Positions 9,955 to 20,421 of a stretch of 64,000 bases of DNA are shown one piece after another. The stretch comes from a virus (taxonomy: Duplodnaviria; Heunggongvirae; Uroviricota; Caudoviricetes). A model generated the notes under the pieces. It made no database searches, was not told the DNA's origin, and worked only from the letters and a program-made list of their open reading frames with translations. Position 1 is the first letter of the stretch. Each line of letters opens with the position of its first letter. Location of the stretch: IMG/VR virus record IMGVR_UViG_3300039159_000198; one strand, written 5' to 3'. Made by a program: the position numbers and the translations under genes.

Positions 9955-9998
9955 AATATATCAAAACTATTTTGTATCTTTGTAAAAATTATAAAAGT

Positions 9999-10382
9999 AT
10001 GGAATATTATAGTGAGTTTTTAGAAGATGTGATTGTGGTGGTGGCATTTAATGATGACCCACTATATCCACAAGTTAAGGAATTTTTTAATGAGTATGGT
10101 TTTGGATTTATGGTTCCCGGACAAAATCTTATGATTATTGATGGTGAGGTACTTGTTGGAGAACCTGACGATAAAGATATACTAAAATTTATTGAGGCTC
10201 ATGAGGTTGCTCATATAATGTTTGGTCATGATGGTCCAAGAAATGACCAAGACGAATTGGAGGCAGACTTGGGAGCATATCATTTATTGAATGAGAAAGG
10301 TCATGTAAAATCAATTGAATTATTATTAAAACATTTTAAAGAACGACACGGTGTCGAGTTTAATAAAAATATGTTGGAGTAA
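9999..10382 (+). CDS. hypothetical protein with HExxH motif (AHEVAHIMFGH); possible ImmA/IrrE-like metallopeptidase fold
   Basis: HEVAH motif. There is a promoter box TATCTTTG at ~9975. The start was moved to MEYYSEF. Confidence 0.4.
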   Translation: MEYYSEFLEDVIVVVAFNDDPLYPQVKEFFNEYGFGFMVPGQNLMIIDGEVLVGEPDDKDILKFIEAHEVAHIMFGHDGPRNDQDELEADLGAYHLLNEKGHVKSIELLLKHFKERHGVEFNKNMLE

Positions 10383-10409
10383 TTTACTTTTATCTAAGTA
10401 TTTATTGTT

Positions 10410-10742
10410 ATGGATAGAGTGGAAGAAATCGATTATAATTATTTGAATTCGATATATGATGGTTATAAAAAATCCGGAAGGCGACCTGTTAGTTACGCAG
10501 GTGATTACAACGAGGTTTATTATTCTTATGAAAAAGATGGTGATAAGGCATTCGAATATAGTTGGGTTGATGGGGAGATTAAAATTAAAAACTCGGATTA
10601 TAATACAATACGAAATATGTTTGGTTTAGGCACTAGTCAAATTTTGAAAATCTATAAACAATTTGTTTTTGATAAAGTGGGTGATAAAAGGATTTTTAAT
10701 ACAAATACCCCTTTCGAACTTCAACTAACGCTCGCTTGGTAA
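10410..10742 (+). CDS. hypothetical protein
   Basis: ORF. Confidence 0.45.
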   Translation: MDRVEEIDYNYLNSIYDGYKKSGRRPVSYAGDYNEVYYSYEKDGDKAFEYSWVDGEIKIKNSDYNTIRNMFGLGTSQILKIYKQFVFDKVGDKRIFNTNTPFELQLTLAW

Positions 10743-10743
10743 T

Positions 10744-11022
10744 ATGAAAATAGTGATTACAGAATCTCAAAATGACCGAATAATTAAGTTAATGAAACAA
10801 CTTGGGAATGATTATACAGATTCTGAAGGAAGAATATTAAAAACGGATATTGAAGTTGAATATCTACCCGAAAGAGAATTATATATGATTTACCCAATAT
10901 TTTATGTCAAAAGTAGAAAAGAACTTCCGTATAATTTTTATAAACATGTCTTATCCCAACGACTTGAAGATTATTTTGGTGTTTCAGTTCATACTGCAGC
11001 TGCGAGAGTTAAAGTAATTTAA
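10744..11022 (+). CDS. hypothetical protein, ITE-leader family (MKIVITESQNDRII)
   Basis: conserved N-terminal leader. Confidence 0.5.
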   Translation: MKIVITESQNDRIIKLMKQLGNDYTDSEGRILKTDIEVEYLPERELYMIYPIFYVKSRKELPYNFYKHVLSQRLEDYFGVSVHTAAARVKVI

Positions 11023-11033
11023 AAATAATTCTT

Positions 11034-11810
11034 TTAATTACCGAACAAATTCTTTAAATTAAATTTTTTAACAAACGAGGAGAAAGCCTCTTTATAAGAT
11101 GCCTGAGTTTCATCACTAATTTTTGTTGTAAACTGCCAATTCCAATAAAAATTATTGTTTGGTTTAAACCCGTAGAATGAGTGAACCTTTTTTTGTGTAT
11201 CCACAACATCAATACCTTTCCAGTTTTGACCGGTACAGATAAACCCACTTTGAATGTCTTTAATAATATTGGATTCCCCTAGTGTTGCATGTCTATTTTC
11301 CAACCAAGTTAATCTCTCGATTAGTTTTTGATAATACATATTTGTTTGACCCCACCTAACAGAAGAAAAGAAAATAACAGCGTCAGATTCAAATAGTTCT
11401 TTAGATATTTTCCAAAGTTCATCGTCTTTTTCATTAATTGATGCCCAACATCTATGATTCCCTGTTGGATTTTTTACTTTGTCCATTAATTTGGATTTCA
11501 TTAGACCACAACTATTCCCATCTTTTCTGGACACATTTCCTTCACAGGAAACAATGTTTAATTCTGGAACATCAATAAGAACTGACTTATCGTTAAGGTA
11601 TTCATTAATTACCATGGCAAGGATTGTTGATTTTGGAATATCAATATTGTCTAAATTCCAATTGTATCTGTTTGAACAGGGTAATAAGAGAACCTTATCA
11701 AATTTTTGAAGTTCGGTTATGGTTTTCTTAAGTTTTTTTAAATTACCTGTAGAAGTATTTTTCTCGGTGATATTGTATTTGTCAAAAAGTTCGTCTAATC
11801 TATTGTCCAT
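11034..11810 (-). CDS. hypothetical protein (258 aa)
   Basis: long ORF. Confidence 0.5.
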   Translation of the reverse strand: MDNRLDELFDKYNITEKNTSTGNLKKLKKTITELQKFDKVLLLPCSNRYNWNLDNIDIPKSTILAMVINEYLNDKSVLIDVPELNIVSCEGNVSRKDGNSCGLMKSKLMDKVKNPTGNHRCWASINEKDDELWKISKELFESDAVIFFSSVRWGQTNMYYQKLIERLTWLENRHATLGESNIIKDIQSGFICTGQNWKGIDVVDTQKKVHSFYGFKPNNNFYWNWQFTTKISDETQASYKEAFSSFVKKFNLKNLFGN

Positions 11811-11885
11811 AATTATAAATATCCGTAAATTTACTTTAATACAGGGTTATATCAACCCTTTTTGATATGTAAGGTATTTATAAAT

Positions 11886-12251
11886 ATGAGAATTATTAAA
11901 TTAACAGAAAATGACCTAACCCATTTAATTAAAAGGGTAATTATGGAAACCAAGGAAAATTCTATTGAATATAGAGTTGAACATTTGGGTACCTTATATG
12001 GTCAAGATGACTATGAATTGGGGGCTTATGTTAATAATGAAATAATTGGACTTATTGAGTACGTAATTTTTGAGGAGATAATCACGATAAAAAATATATT
12101 AGTGAGACCTGAATATAGAAGAAAAGGTTTTGGTTCCAAGATGATACAGTATTTAAAACAAAATCATCCGGAAGCAACATACAAACCATCCATTAAAACT
12201 GATTTGGGTGTTAAATTCAAACATAAACATCACGATAATATATTTATTTAA
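11886..12251 (+). CDS. GNAT family N-acetyltransferase
   Basis: ILVRPEYRRKGFGSKMIQYL matches the acetyl-CoA binding motif A (R/Q-x-x-G-x-G/A). Confidence 0.6.
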   Translation: MRIIKLTENDLTHLIKRVIMETKENSIEYRVEHLGTLYGQDDYELGAYVNNEIIGLIEYVIFEEIITIKNILVRPEYRRKGFGSKMIQYLKQNHPEATYKPSIKTDLGVKFKHKHHDNIFI

Positions 12252-12252
12252 A

Positions 12253-12630
12253 ATGAGATACGTAATTACAAAAGACCAATTTCACAAGGTTATTTATAGT
12301 ATCCTTGATGGTATTGTTAAAGACGGTAGAATCGTTAAGGAAAACAACCCATATTCAAGTACAGGAGGGTATGATATTGCTTTATATGATGGTGATACCA
12401 ATAATGAAGACAATATAGTTCTACAATATTATTATTTCCCATCTGATGATGACGAATATGATGGTTATAGTGAAGAACGTGGGAAATTACATGTCAATTT
12501 TAAATTAGATAATAAACTAAAAAACCTTCTATCTATTAGACAATCAAAAATATTAGATATTATTGGAGATTGGGTTAGTGATAAATTTAACGTTGATGTT
12601 GATGAGGTTGTAATATATCCAAATATATAA
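12253..12630 (+). CDS. hypothetical protein, ITE-leader family variant (MRYVITKDQFHKVI)
   Basis: leader-like N-terminus with K replacing E. Confidence 0.45.
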   Translation: MRYVITKDQFHKVIYSILDGIVKDGRIVKENNPYSSTGGYDIALYDGDTNNEDNIVLQYYYFPSDDDEYDGYSEERGKLHVNFKLDNKLKNLLSIRQSKILDIIGDWVSDKFNVDVDEVVIYPNI

Positions 12631-12634
12631 TATT

Positions 12635-13627
12635 ATGAAGAAATACGTAATAACAGAAGAACAATACGATAGATTAGTAAATCTAAACGGAATCAAACTT
12701 AAAACTGAATCCACTAAAGAAATTGATGAGGATTTAGGGAAATGGTTTAAGGAAAAATGGGTTGACGTTAGTAAAAAAGTTGATGGGAAACATCCTCCTT
12801 GTGGGAGAAAAGATGCCAATGGTAAGGCGTATCCAAAATGTCGTCCATCAAAAAAAGTGTCCAAAGAAACTCCTAAACTGGCGTCGTCATATAGTAAAGA
12901 TGAAAAAAAATCTATGACCCAACAAAAAAGAAGAGCAGAAAAGAATGACCCAAAGATTGGGAAAGGGAATAAACCAACTATAACTAAATTTGATGAGGGT
13001 ATTATAAAAAGTCCTTATAGAATATTAGTTGAAAATTTATCACCAACAATACGTAGAAGATTACCATTTGATAATTTTGAAAATGATTTAGAGTGGGGTA
13101 TCCTTGATGAGATGAACCCATGTGATTTTGACAAAATCGGGGAATTCATCTCTGAAGCTTGTGATAGATTGAAAGATATGTATCTTGACGATGTTCTTGA
13201 CTCAACAATAGCGTCCGCAAAAGATAAAGATGAACTTTATTATTATTTTGTTGATAGATTTTCAAATTATTTGGTTAAAGAATATAAAAGAAGATGTGGA
13301 GTTATGAATGAAAACGATGTTGAAGATAGTTTTTATGGTTCAGTTGAAGAAACCAATTTTGTTGTTGGTAACTTATTAATGGAAGCCGAATATCAAGGAA
13401 AAAAAGTTACCCTTAATAAACCATTTTATACCCCTGATGGTCCTAAAAAACGTTCGGTATATGTTAAAAATGGAAAAGGGAATGTTGTAAAGGTTAATTT
13501 TGGTGACCCTAATATGAAAATTAAAAAAAGTAGCCCATCTCATCGTAAATCTTTTAGAGCAAGACATAATTGTCAAAATCCGGGACCAAAGGATTCTGCG
13601 AAATACTGGAGCTGCAGGGCGTGGTGA
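12635..13627 (+). CDS. hypothetical protein, ITE-leader family (MKKYVITEEQYDRLVNL), 330 aa
   Basis: conserved leader. The protein is basic and lysine-rich in its central part. Confidence 0.55.
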   Translation: MKKYVITEEQYDRLVNLNGIKLKTESTKEIDEDLGKWFKEKWVDVSKKVDGKHPPCGRKDANGKAYPKCRPSKKVSKETPKLASSYSKDEKKSMTQQKRRAEKNDPKIGKGNKPTITKFDEGIIKSPYRILVENLSPTIRRRLPFDNFENDLEWGILDEMNPCDFDKIGEFISEACDRLKDMYLDDVLDSTIASAKDKDELYYYFVDRFSNYLVKEYKRRCGVMNENDVEDSFYGSVEETNFVVGNLLMEAEYQGKKVTLNKPFYTPDGPKKRSVYVKNGKGNVVKVNFGDPNMKIKKSSPSHRKSFRARHNCQNPGPKDSAKYWSCRAW

Positions 13628-13633
13628 TGAAAA

Positions 13634-13939
13634 TTATATAACCCAATTCTTATATGATTTGAATTGACCCTTTATCATTCTTAAAAAAGATGAGTAATCA
13701 TAATTTTCTGAAATACAGAAAGAATATACCTCATCTTTTTTAAGAGTTTTAACTTCTTGAGTAATTCTATTATATATTTTATATTCTTTAAGATAAAATT
13801 CGTCTAATTTTGAAATGATATTCAATATAGTTTCATCAGTTTCTCCATTGTCGATAAAACAATAATATCCATTATATCTTTTTCTATTATTACCTTGACT
13901 TAATATTTTACTCATTATGGATACATCACCTGTGTCCAT
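13634..13939 (-). CDS. hypothetical protein
   Basis: ORF. Confidence 0.4.
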   Translation of the reverse strand: MDTGDVSIMSKILSQGNNRKRYNGYYCFIDNGETDETILNIISKLDEFYLKEYKIYNRITQEVKTLKKDEVYSFCISENYDYSSFLRMIKGQFKSYKNWVI

Positions 13940-14291
13940 ACCTAAATTATTAAAATATCCTTAAAAAAAATACTAAAAAAAAAAATGTTGTCTGACGAGT
14001 ACCCAAAAATTTTGGATATAGTAATTAACCATAGTGATTTAGGTTCCTTACAAATATTTAGAGTCGGTATAGGTATGAAATATGAGGATTCGTTAAAGAT
14101 GAAAGAGTCTGATATCGATACTCTCATAACAAAAATTAAAAATCTATCAAAATATATTTTCTCATCTCAAAATGAAAAAATTGAATCAGTCTATTTCTAC
14201 GACCCGGAACAATATTAAATTAAAAAAAATTTTATCCCACCCATTGCCGGTGGGATTTTTTTTTGTATCTTTGTTGGAAATAACATTAATT

Positions 14292-14693
14292 ATGGTTTTG
14301 AGTGACGAACAAAAAAAGTCGACGGACATTTTGGTTAAAGTACTAAACAAGAAATACCCATATATTGTTGGTGTAGAAGTTGTCATGTCAGATTTTACTG
14401 AATATAAAACTTTAATTAATTTTAATTTAAAATTTAATAAGGATAAAATAGAAACTTATTTTAAAAGAAAGACTGACTATAATCATAAATATTTTTGGAG
14501 GTTTGGTAATTTATGGTGTATGTCCAATGTTCAGGACGGAATGGAATTAATAATCACGGAAATACAAGAAGATTGTGACCTATTTTATAAATCATTAGGT
14601 TGTGAATGTCAATTTAATACGGGATGGGAAAATGACGGAAACTACCGAACCGTTAAATTCATCACATTTATTTTAGAACAAGATATTAATTAA
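14292..14693 (+). CDS. hypothetical protein
   Basis: the start was moved downstream of the terminator-like hairpin at 14231..14262. A promoter box TATCTTTG lies at ~14266. Confidence 0.45.
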   Translation: MVLSDEQKKSTDILVKVLNKKYPYIVGVEVVMSDFTEYKTLINFNLKFNKDKIETYFKRKTDYNHKYFWRFGNLWCMSNVQDGMELIITEIQEDCDLFYKSLGCECQFNTGWENDGNYRTVKFITFILEQDIN

Positions 14694-14707
14694 AAAAAAA
14701 ACACAAA

Positions 14708-15733
14708 ATGGAAAGAAAGTTAGCCAGTATTAGAAGAATTAGTGATATTCAAAGTATTCCCGATGCGGATATGATTGAACTATCTATTGTGGATGGTTGG
14801 AAAGTTGTTATAGCAAAAAATGTTGGTCATAAAATTGGAGATTTGGTAGTGTATTGTGAGGTTGACTCATTCTTACCAATTCGTGATGAGTTTGAATTCT
14901 TACGTAAATCATCTTATAAGAAAATGGGTGACCAAGAAGGTTTTAGATTGAGGACCTCAAAACTAAGGGGGCAAATTTCTCAAGGACTTATCCTCCCAAT
15001 CAATGTGGTTCCAATTACACAGTTTGCGACTGCTCATGATTTACCTGAAGGTATGGACGTAACCGATATGTTGGATATAGTAAAATACGAACAACCAATT
15101 CCCGCAGAACTCGCTGGTAAAGTGAAAGGGATTTTCCCAAGTTTTATGCGTAAAACTGATGAGGAAAGAGTTCAAAATTTATCAGATGAATATGTGGAAA
15201 TGAAAAATCATACATATTATATAACCGAAAAGTTGGATGGTTCATCTGCGACATTCTACTACAATGATGGTATATTTGGTGTTTGTTCTCGTAATTTAGA
15301 ATTATTAGAAACGGAAGGAAATACTTTTTGGGAAGTTGCTCGTGAATTAGATTTGGAAAACAAATTGAGAAATTATGGAGTTAATTTATCGATTCAGGGG
15401 GAACTTATCGGAGAATCGGTGCAAGGAAACCCATATAAACTCAAAGGTCAAACAGTAAGATTTTTCAATATTTTTGATATTGATACTCAGGAATACTACG
15501 GATTATCTAATTTTCTAAGATTATTAGATGTGTTAGAGTTAAATTCTGTTCCAGTCCTTAGTAGGGATTTCAAATTACCGGAAACCATTGATGAATTATT
15601 AACTTATGCCGACAAGAAGTCAGAGTTAAACCCTAACTTTGATAGAGAGGGATTAGTGATTAGAAGTTTGGATAGAAAAATCTCATTCAAAGTGATATCA
15701 AATAAATTTTTACTTAAAAATGACAAAAATTGA
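14708..15733 (+). CDS. ATP-dependent RNA (polynucleotide) ligase, nucleotidyltransferase motif I KLDGS
   Basis: ITEKLDGSSATFYY (KxDG lysine-adenylylation motif) with downstream EGLVIR and GELIGES motifs typical of Rnl-type ligases. Confidence 0.6.
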   Translation: MERKLASIRRISDIQSIPDADMIELSIVDGWKVVIAKNVGHKIGDLVVYCEVDSFLPIRDEFEFLRKSSYKKMGDQEGFRLRTSKLRGQISQGLILPINVVPITQFATAHDLPEGMDVTDMLDIVKYEQPIPAELAGKVKGIFPSFMRKTDEERVQNLSDEYVEMKNHTYYITEKLDGSSATFYYNDGIFGVCSRNLELLETEGNTFWEVARELDLENKLRNYGVNLSIQGELIGESVQGNPYKLKGQTVRFFNIFDIDTQEYYGLSNFLRLLDVLELNSVPVLSRDFKLPETIDELLTYADKKSELNPNFDREGLVIRSLDRKISFKVISNKFLLKNDKN

Positions 15734-15983
15734 GAAACTAATTGTAAAAATGATTGAGGATAGTTACGGCTATCCTTATATGACTTACGATAAAAAAGAA
15801 CAAACTTGGACCAACAACTTTTTCTTATTCGATATTAAAACGGAGACGATTTATACATCGGATAATGTTAGGGTAGGCTTATCTAAAAAATTTGGGACGA
15901 AATATATTGAGAACAATTATTTTGATTTAATATCAAAATGGTTTAAAATGAATAATAAATATGATGTAAAACACGTTGTGTAG
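15720..15983 (+). CDS. hypothetical protein
   Basis: ORF. Confidence 0.4.
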   Translation: MTKIEKLIVKMIEDSYGYPYMTYDKKEQTWTNNFFLFDIKTETIYTSDNVRVGLSKKFGTKYIENNYFDLISKWFKMNNKYDVKHVV

Positions 15984-16004
15984 TATTTATACATTAAGGG
16001 GTAT

Positions 16005-17462
16005 TTGAATATGATTCAATTACAAAAGATTAGACAAAAAATTACTATGAGAGACAAAATTAAAAAAATAATAAAGGAAGAAGTTGGAGTTCCCGAAGGA
16101 ATCGTTGAAACTGCGGAATTGATTTATAATCAAGTAATTGATAAATTAAATTCTTTATCCACTACGGACGAAAATAACGATAAATTTATGTTTTATTTGA
16201 AAGGGGATTATAAAATATCCGATTATAAATTTAAAAAAATTGAGTTAACCCTCGAAATTGTTCGTACAGATGAGGTTAGTGAGGGAAAAATTCTTGGAAT
16301 GTCTTTTATGTTTGCAAGTAAATTGGATAATAAAAATGTAATATTACACCATATACCAACTAAGAATAAGATTGAATTATCCATAACTATGGCAATTCCT
16401 GAAGATGGTGATTTAAATGATGTAATTAAAGAGTTTGAATCCGAAAATACCCTAATAATAAGCTCATTAACTCATGAATTAATGCACTCGTATGAAAAAT
16501 TTAAAAGACCAACATATGGGGTAACAAGTCGAAGTGATTATGATGCATACACAAATCTTAGATTTGGAATTGAACCTATTGACGATTTATTACATAATCT
16601 ATATTTCATCCATTCAATTGAAAACGTTGTTAGACCAAGTGAGGTTGCCGCTGATTTAAAATCCGGTAATATTAAAAAGAGTGAGTTTTTAGAGTTTTTA
16701 AAGAGTAATCGAGTTTATCAAATGTTAAAAAAAATTAATGGTTTTACTTATGAAAGGTTTAAAAATGAATTATTAAACTATGATGATATTATAAGAGAAA
16801 GATTAACCGATAGTGGTATTGACAATATTCCGGAAAATAATGAAGAACTTGTTGAAATGGTATTAAGATTACTTAGGGTTACTTTAGTTAATGGTAAAGA
16901 GAGTTCGTTGAAACGAGATTTAACCACTGACTTTTTTGAGGAAATAACGGGGTTTTCAGGTAAAAAAGAACAAGTTTTTGATAACTACATTAAAAAAATC
17001 CAAAAATACGATAATAATGACAGTTTTTTTAAAAATGAAGAAAAAATGTTTAAATTTATTTCATATAATTTAATTAAAAAAATACATAAACTATATTCTA
17101 TTTTGGAAAAAAATAAAAAAACAAATGAATCCATAATTAATTGGGATTTATACCATAAAGTTAAAAAAACTCCAATTGTTATTGAAAATGAATCTCATTT
17201 TGACGATGATAATGAAGGTCGAAAAGTAAAACTGATTCAAAAGTACTTGGATAATGTTGTAACCCCTTCAAATGACCTTATTTGTGATGCAAAGGTTTTT
17301 AGGTTTAGTAATAGTGGAGATTATAATGTTAGAATTTGGGTTAATCAAAATAAAAATACCCACCGAGATGAATTTAACGATTTAGTTGATTCTACTTGGG
17401 AATACATATTTAATATGTTTGAAATACCTGTTTCGGTTCAAAAAATTAACTCTGAATGTTAA
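16005..17462 (+). CDS. hypothetical protein (485 aa) with HExxH motif (THELMHSYE)
   Basis: long ORF containing a candidate zinc-metallopeptidase motif. Confidence 0.5.
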   Translation: MNMIQLQKIRQKITMRDKIKKIIKEEVGVPEGIVETAELIYNQVIDKLNSLSTTDENNDKFMFYLKGDYKISDYKFKKIELTLEIVRTDEVSEGKILGMSFMFASKLDNKNVILHHIPTKNKIELSITMAIPEDGDLNDVIKEFESENTLIISSLTHELMHSYEKFKRPTYGVTSRSDYDAYTNLRFGIEPIDDLLHNLYFIHSIENVVRPSEVAADLKSGNIKKSEFLEFLKSNRVYQMLKKINGFTYERFKNELLNYDDIIRERLTDSGIDNIPENNEELVEMVLRLLRVTLVNGKESSLKRDLTTDFFEEITGFSGKKEQVFDNYIKKIQKYDNNDSFFKNEEKMFKFISYNLIKKIHKLYSILEKNKKTNESIINWDLYHKVKKTPIVIENESHFDDDNEGRKVKLIQKYLDNVVTPSNDLICDAKVFRFSNSGDYNVRIWVNQNKNTHRDEFNDLVDSTWEYIFNMFEIPVSVQKINSEC

Positions 17463-17469
17463 AAAATAT

Positions 17470-17496
17470 AACCCTCCTATACCGGAGGGTTTTTTA
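17470..17496 (+). terminator. intrinsic terminator
   Basis: AACCCTCC tatacc GGAGGGTTTTTT. Confidence 0.7.
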
Positions 17497-17534
17497 TTTA
17501 AAAATAATTACTTATCTTTATCAAAAAATAATTT

Positions 17535-17987
17535 ATGGAAAATTCACATATAGTCGAATGGGATTTAAGAGGATGGATGGGAGTTAATGAACCGACACCA
17601 AACGCTCAAAGAGAATGGAATAAAACTTTAATTTCTTCAATAAATTTAATTTCAGGTAAAATTAAACAGTCATCATTAAGAGGTGGTGCCGACACAATTA
17701 TTATTCATCCATACCTTGAGATAATTCTTCATCCCGATATCTATGATGACCATAGAAAAAAATTGAATAACATGGACGTGATTTTGGACCCAACAATGGA
17801 AAAAGACCGAATCGAAATAAACAATAGAAAGGTGTTGGAAGATTTACGATTAATACCATTATTTACTGAAGGAGTTGATGGAGGTATGTCCACAGTTGAG
17901 TTTAAACCTATTAGTTCTTTTAGTGAGGGAGATGTTATAAAGTATATTGAAGGGCTTGTTGGATTTGTAATTATTAAAAACATTTGA
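17535..17987 (+). CDS. hypothetical protein
   Basis: ORF. Confidence 0.5.
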   Translation: MENSHIVEWDLRGWMGVNEPTPNAQREWNKTLISSINLISGKIKQSSLRGGADTIIIHPYLEIILHPDIYDDHRKKLNNMDVILDPTMEKDRIEINNRKVLEDLRLIPLFTEGVDGGMSTVEFKPISSFSEGDVIKYIEGLVGFVIIKNI

Positions 17988-18279
17988 TAAGAACAAGTGG
18001 GAACACTTTAGATATATTTTAGAAAGTACATTACCATCATATAAACATTTCACCCAATTATCGTTAGAATATGAAATAAAAGACAACGGTTACCGTAAGT
18101 GTGTTTGGCGTTTGAGAATTAAAAACAATTCAGGATTATATGAAGAAATGAATTCTCTATCCAAATTTTGTGGAATTAATTGGGAACATATGTTTCATAC
18201 ATCTTCTTATAATTATGGTGAAATGATATTAGAAATGACTGAAATTAATAACGAACCAATGTCTTCGGTATGTTGGTAA
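17971..18279 (+). pseudogene. protein-like open frame (103 codons) with no start codon, +1 relative to 17535..17987; possible frameshifted continuation
   Basis: continuous open frame with non-repetitive, W/C/H-containing composition, but no ATG, TTG or GTG near its 5' end. Confidence 0.3.
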
Positions 18280-18716
18280 ATAAAAAAAAATAAAAAAAAT
18301 GGAAACTGACAATTTGGATGAATTAACCACACGATATAATAGTATTTATAGTCAATTATGGAGTGATAGATTACTGAGAGTGTTAATGTCATTTGAAGGA
18401 AATGGTAATCTTTGTAGTGAAATAGAATTACCCAAGAAAAAAAAATCAGAAAAACCAAAATTTAATCAAACAAAAAAATAACCCTTTAATTAAGGGTTTT
18501 TTTAATTATACCTCTATTTATAAATATGGAATACACTATTGATAACGAATCCAAGACACTAACAGTTTTAAGTAATGGTGGTGGTATTGGAGAAATAAAA
18601 ACATTAATGGAAACATTTAAGGGGTATACTCTCTTAACTGGACCTCAAAAAGAAAAAAAAGAATGTGTTTGTAACCCTAAAAAGGGTGGAGACGGCATTT
18701 GTAAATGCGATTAACA

Positions 18717-18761
18717 TGAAATACATTATAACAGAAACACAATATAATAATCTTATTTGAG
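18717..18761 (+). pseudogene. truncated ITE-leader gene remnant (MKYIITETQYNNLI-stop)
   Basis: ATGAAATACATTATAACAGAAACACAATATAATAATCTTATTTGA. Confidence 0.45.
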
Positions 18762-18990
18762 AAAATAAAAATGAGAATGACGTTTTAGATTACTTAATGG
18801 AATTATATCCTGAAATAAATAATTTAGATGTTAAATACTATAACGGAACCAAAGGGTTTGGTAAAACATTCTCAAACCCAAAAACTAAAGAAGTTCTTTT
18901 TAGAACGGTAAAACCCCACTCCAATGATTGGACATCAGGAGAAGGGTTAACTTCAAAATCAGTTATAAAACTTTTAGTACAACCTTTATT

Positions 18991-19431
18991 TTAAATTTTT
19001 ATTTCAAAACGATTTCTCATAACCTCAAGTTTATCTTCCGGAACTCCATGCTCATTAACTCCTCCGTGTCTGTTTTCAACAATTAATGAATAAACTTTAT
19101 ATCCGTGTTTTTCCGCCAAGTCAAAATAAGGTTTCATCTCCCATTCTTGTGTGAATGTGTTTGATACAACAATTCTTTTAGTTTGGATATCAGGGTTATC
19201 AAGAGCAACCATACTTTCTTCCACACCTTCTTGACACCAAGCGTGAGCATATTTTAATTGTGATGGGTCAAATTCATATTCCCCATTAATAGTTATAAAA
19301 TACATATCAGCTTCGATATGGATACCACCAATTGATTCTGCCAATGTTGATTTACCACATCCTGGTTACGGAACCCCCCTTAAAAGGAATAATTCCTTCA
19401 GGGGGGTTATATTTTTTGTTAATTTATTCAT
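18991..19431 (-). pseudogene. T4 Pnk-like polynucleotide 5'-kinase domain interrupted by an in-frame TAA inside the Walker A motif
   Basis: minus-strand translation reads MNKLTKNITPLKELFLLRGVP-stop-PGCGKSTLAESIGG...IVVSNTFTQEWEMKPYFDLAEKHGYKV. Removing 6 nt (TAACCA) would restore GVPGCGKST. Downstream motifs resemble the T4 Pnk kinase domain (IISDTN, ETFAKEYGWKV). Confidence 0.55.
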
Positions 19432-19548
19432 ATTTTTTAATTTTTAAATATATTTATATTAAGAGGTGTTCCTGAATTAGAATACAAATATAACTATTAA
19501 TTTTAATAAAAAAAAATAATAATGTCAAATTTTACTAGTAATTAATTT

Positions 19549-19884
19549 TTAGAAGTTGTTTTTATCTACTGATGAAAAACTTAAAATTGACACCCCTAAT
19601 TTAGCAGCAATTGCCGTTAACAATGCTTCGTCATCAGTACCCCAATTACCTAACTCATCTTTAGTTAAGGTTAATTGACTATCTAATTGATTATTAAACC
19701 CATTAACTATATTTGATTCGTCTAAGGTTACTGTTCCAAATTGAACTTGGAAATTAGTTCTGTCAGCGCCCGGGACATAAGGTCTTGCAACTGCCGTCAT
19801 GTACTCTAAATTTTCGGTAGTTGAACTGAATGGGTTAATCTCTGTGGTTTTTTTTGCCGGCGGATTGATTTTTGATATTAACAT
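19549..19884 (-). CDS. hypothetical protein
   Basis: ORF. Confidence 0.4.
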   Translation of the reverse strand: MLISKINPPAKKTTEINPFSSTTENLEYMTAVARPYVPGADRTNFQVQFGTVTLDESNIVNGFNNQLDSQLTLTKDELGNWGTDDEALLTAIAAKLGVSILSFSSVDKNNF

Positions 19885-19986
19885 ATGTGTTTTTTTTTTT
19901 AATTTTAATTTATTTTATACAAATATAAATACTTCAATTATTGATTAATACAAAAAATTTTAATATCTTTTAATCAAATTTAAAAT

Positions 19987-20421
19987 ATGACAAAAGTAAA
20001 AATTTCAACAGACAAAGGTGATATGATTGCCGAATTATACGACAATGAAACTCCAATTGCCGTAAACAACTTTAAAGATTTAATTGGAAAAAAATTCTAT
20101 GATGGATTAAATTTCCATAGAGTAATTCCTAATTTTGTAATTCAAGGTGGATGTCCAAATGGTACTGGTAGTGGTGGACCAGGTTATAACATACCTTGTG
20201 AAGTTACCGCACCTAAACAATTTCATGATAAGGGAGTTTTATCAATGGCTCATGCTGGTCGTAATACAGGTGGTTCTCAATTCTTTATTTGTCATAACAG
20301 ACAAGGAACCCAACACTTAGATGGGAATCATACTTGTTTTGGTAAAGTAAATGAAGGTTTAGATGTAATTGACTCCATCAGAGGAGGAGATAAAATCAAC
20401 TCAATTACTGTGATTGACTAA
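19987..20421 (+). CDS. cyclophilin-type peptidyl-prolyl cis-trans isomerase
   Basis: FHRVIPNFVIQGG, GTGSGGPGY and SMAHAGRNTGGSQFFI are cyclophilin signature blocks. Confidence 0.9.
   Translation: MTKVKISTDKGDMIAELYDNETPIAVNNFKDLIGKKFYDGLNFHRVIPNFVIQGGCPNGTGSGGPGYNIPCEVTAPKQFHDKGVLSMAHAGRNTGGSQFFICHNRQGTQHLDGNHTCFGKVNEGLDVIDSIRGGDKINSITVID

Noticed and set aside
11054-11709. ORFs 11054..11248(-) and 11479..11709(+)
   Set aside because: They are nested in or antisense to the 258-aa gene 11034..11810.
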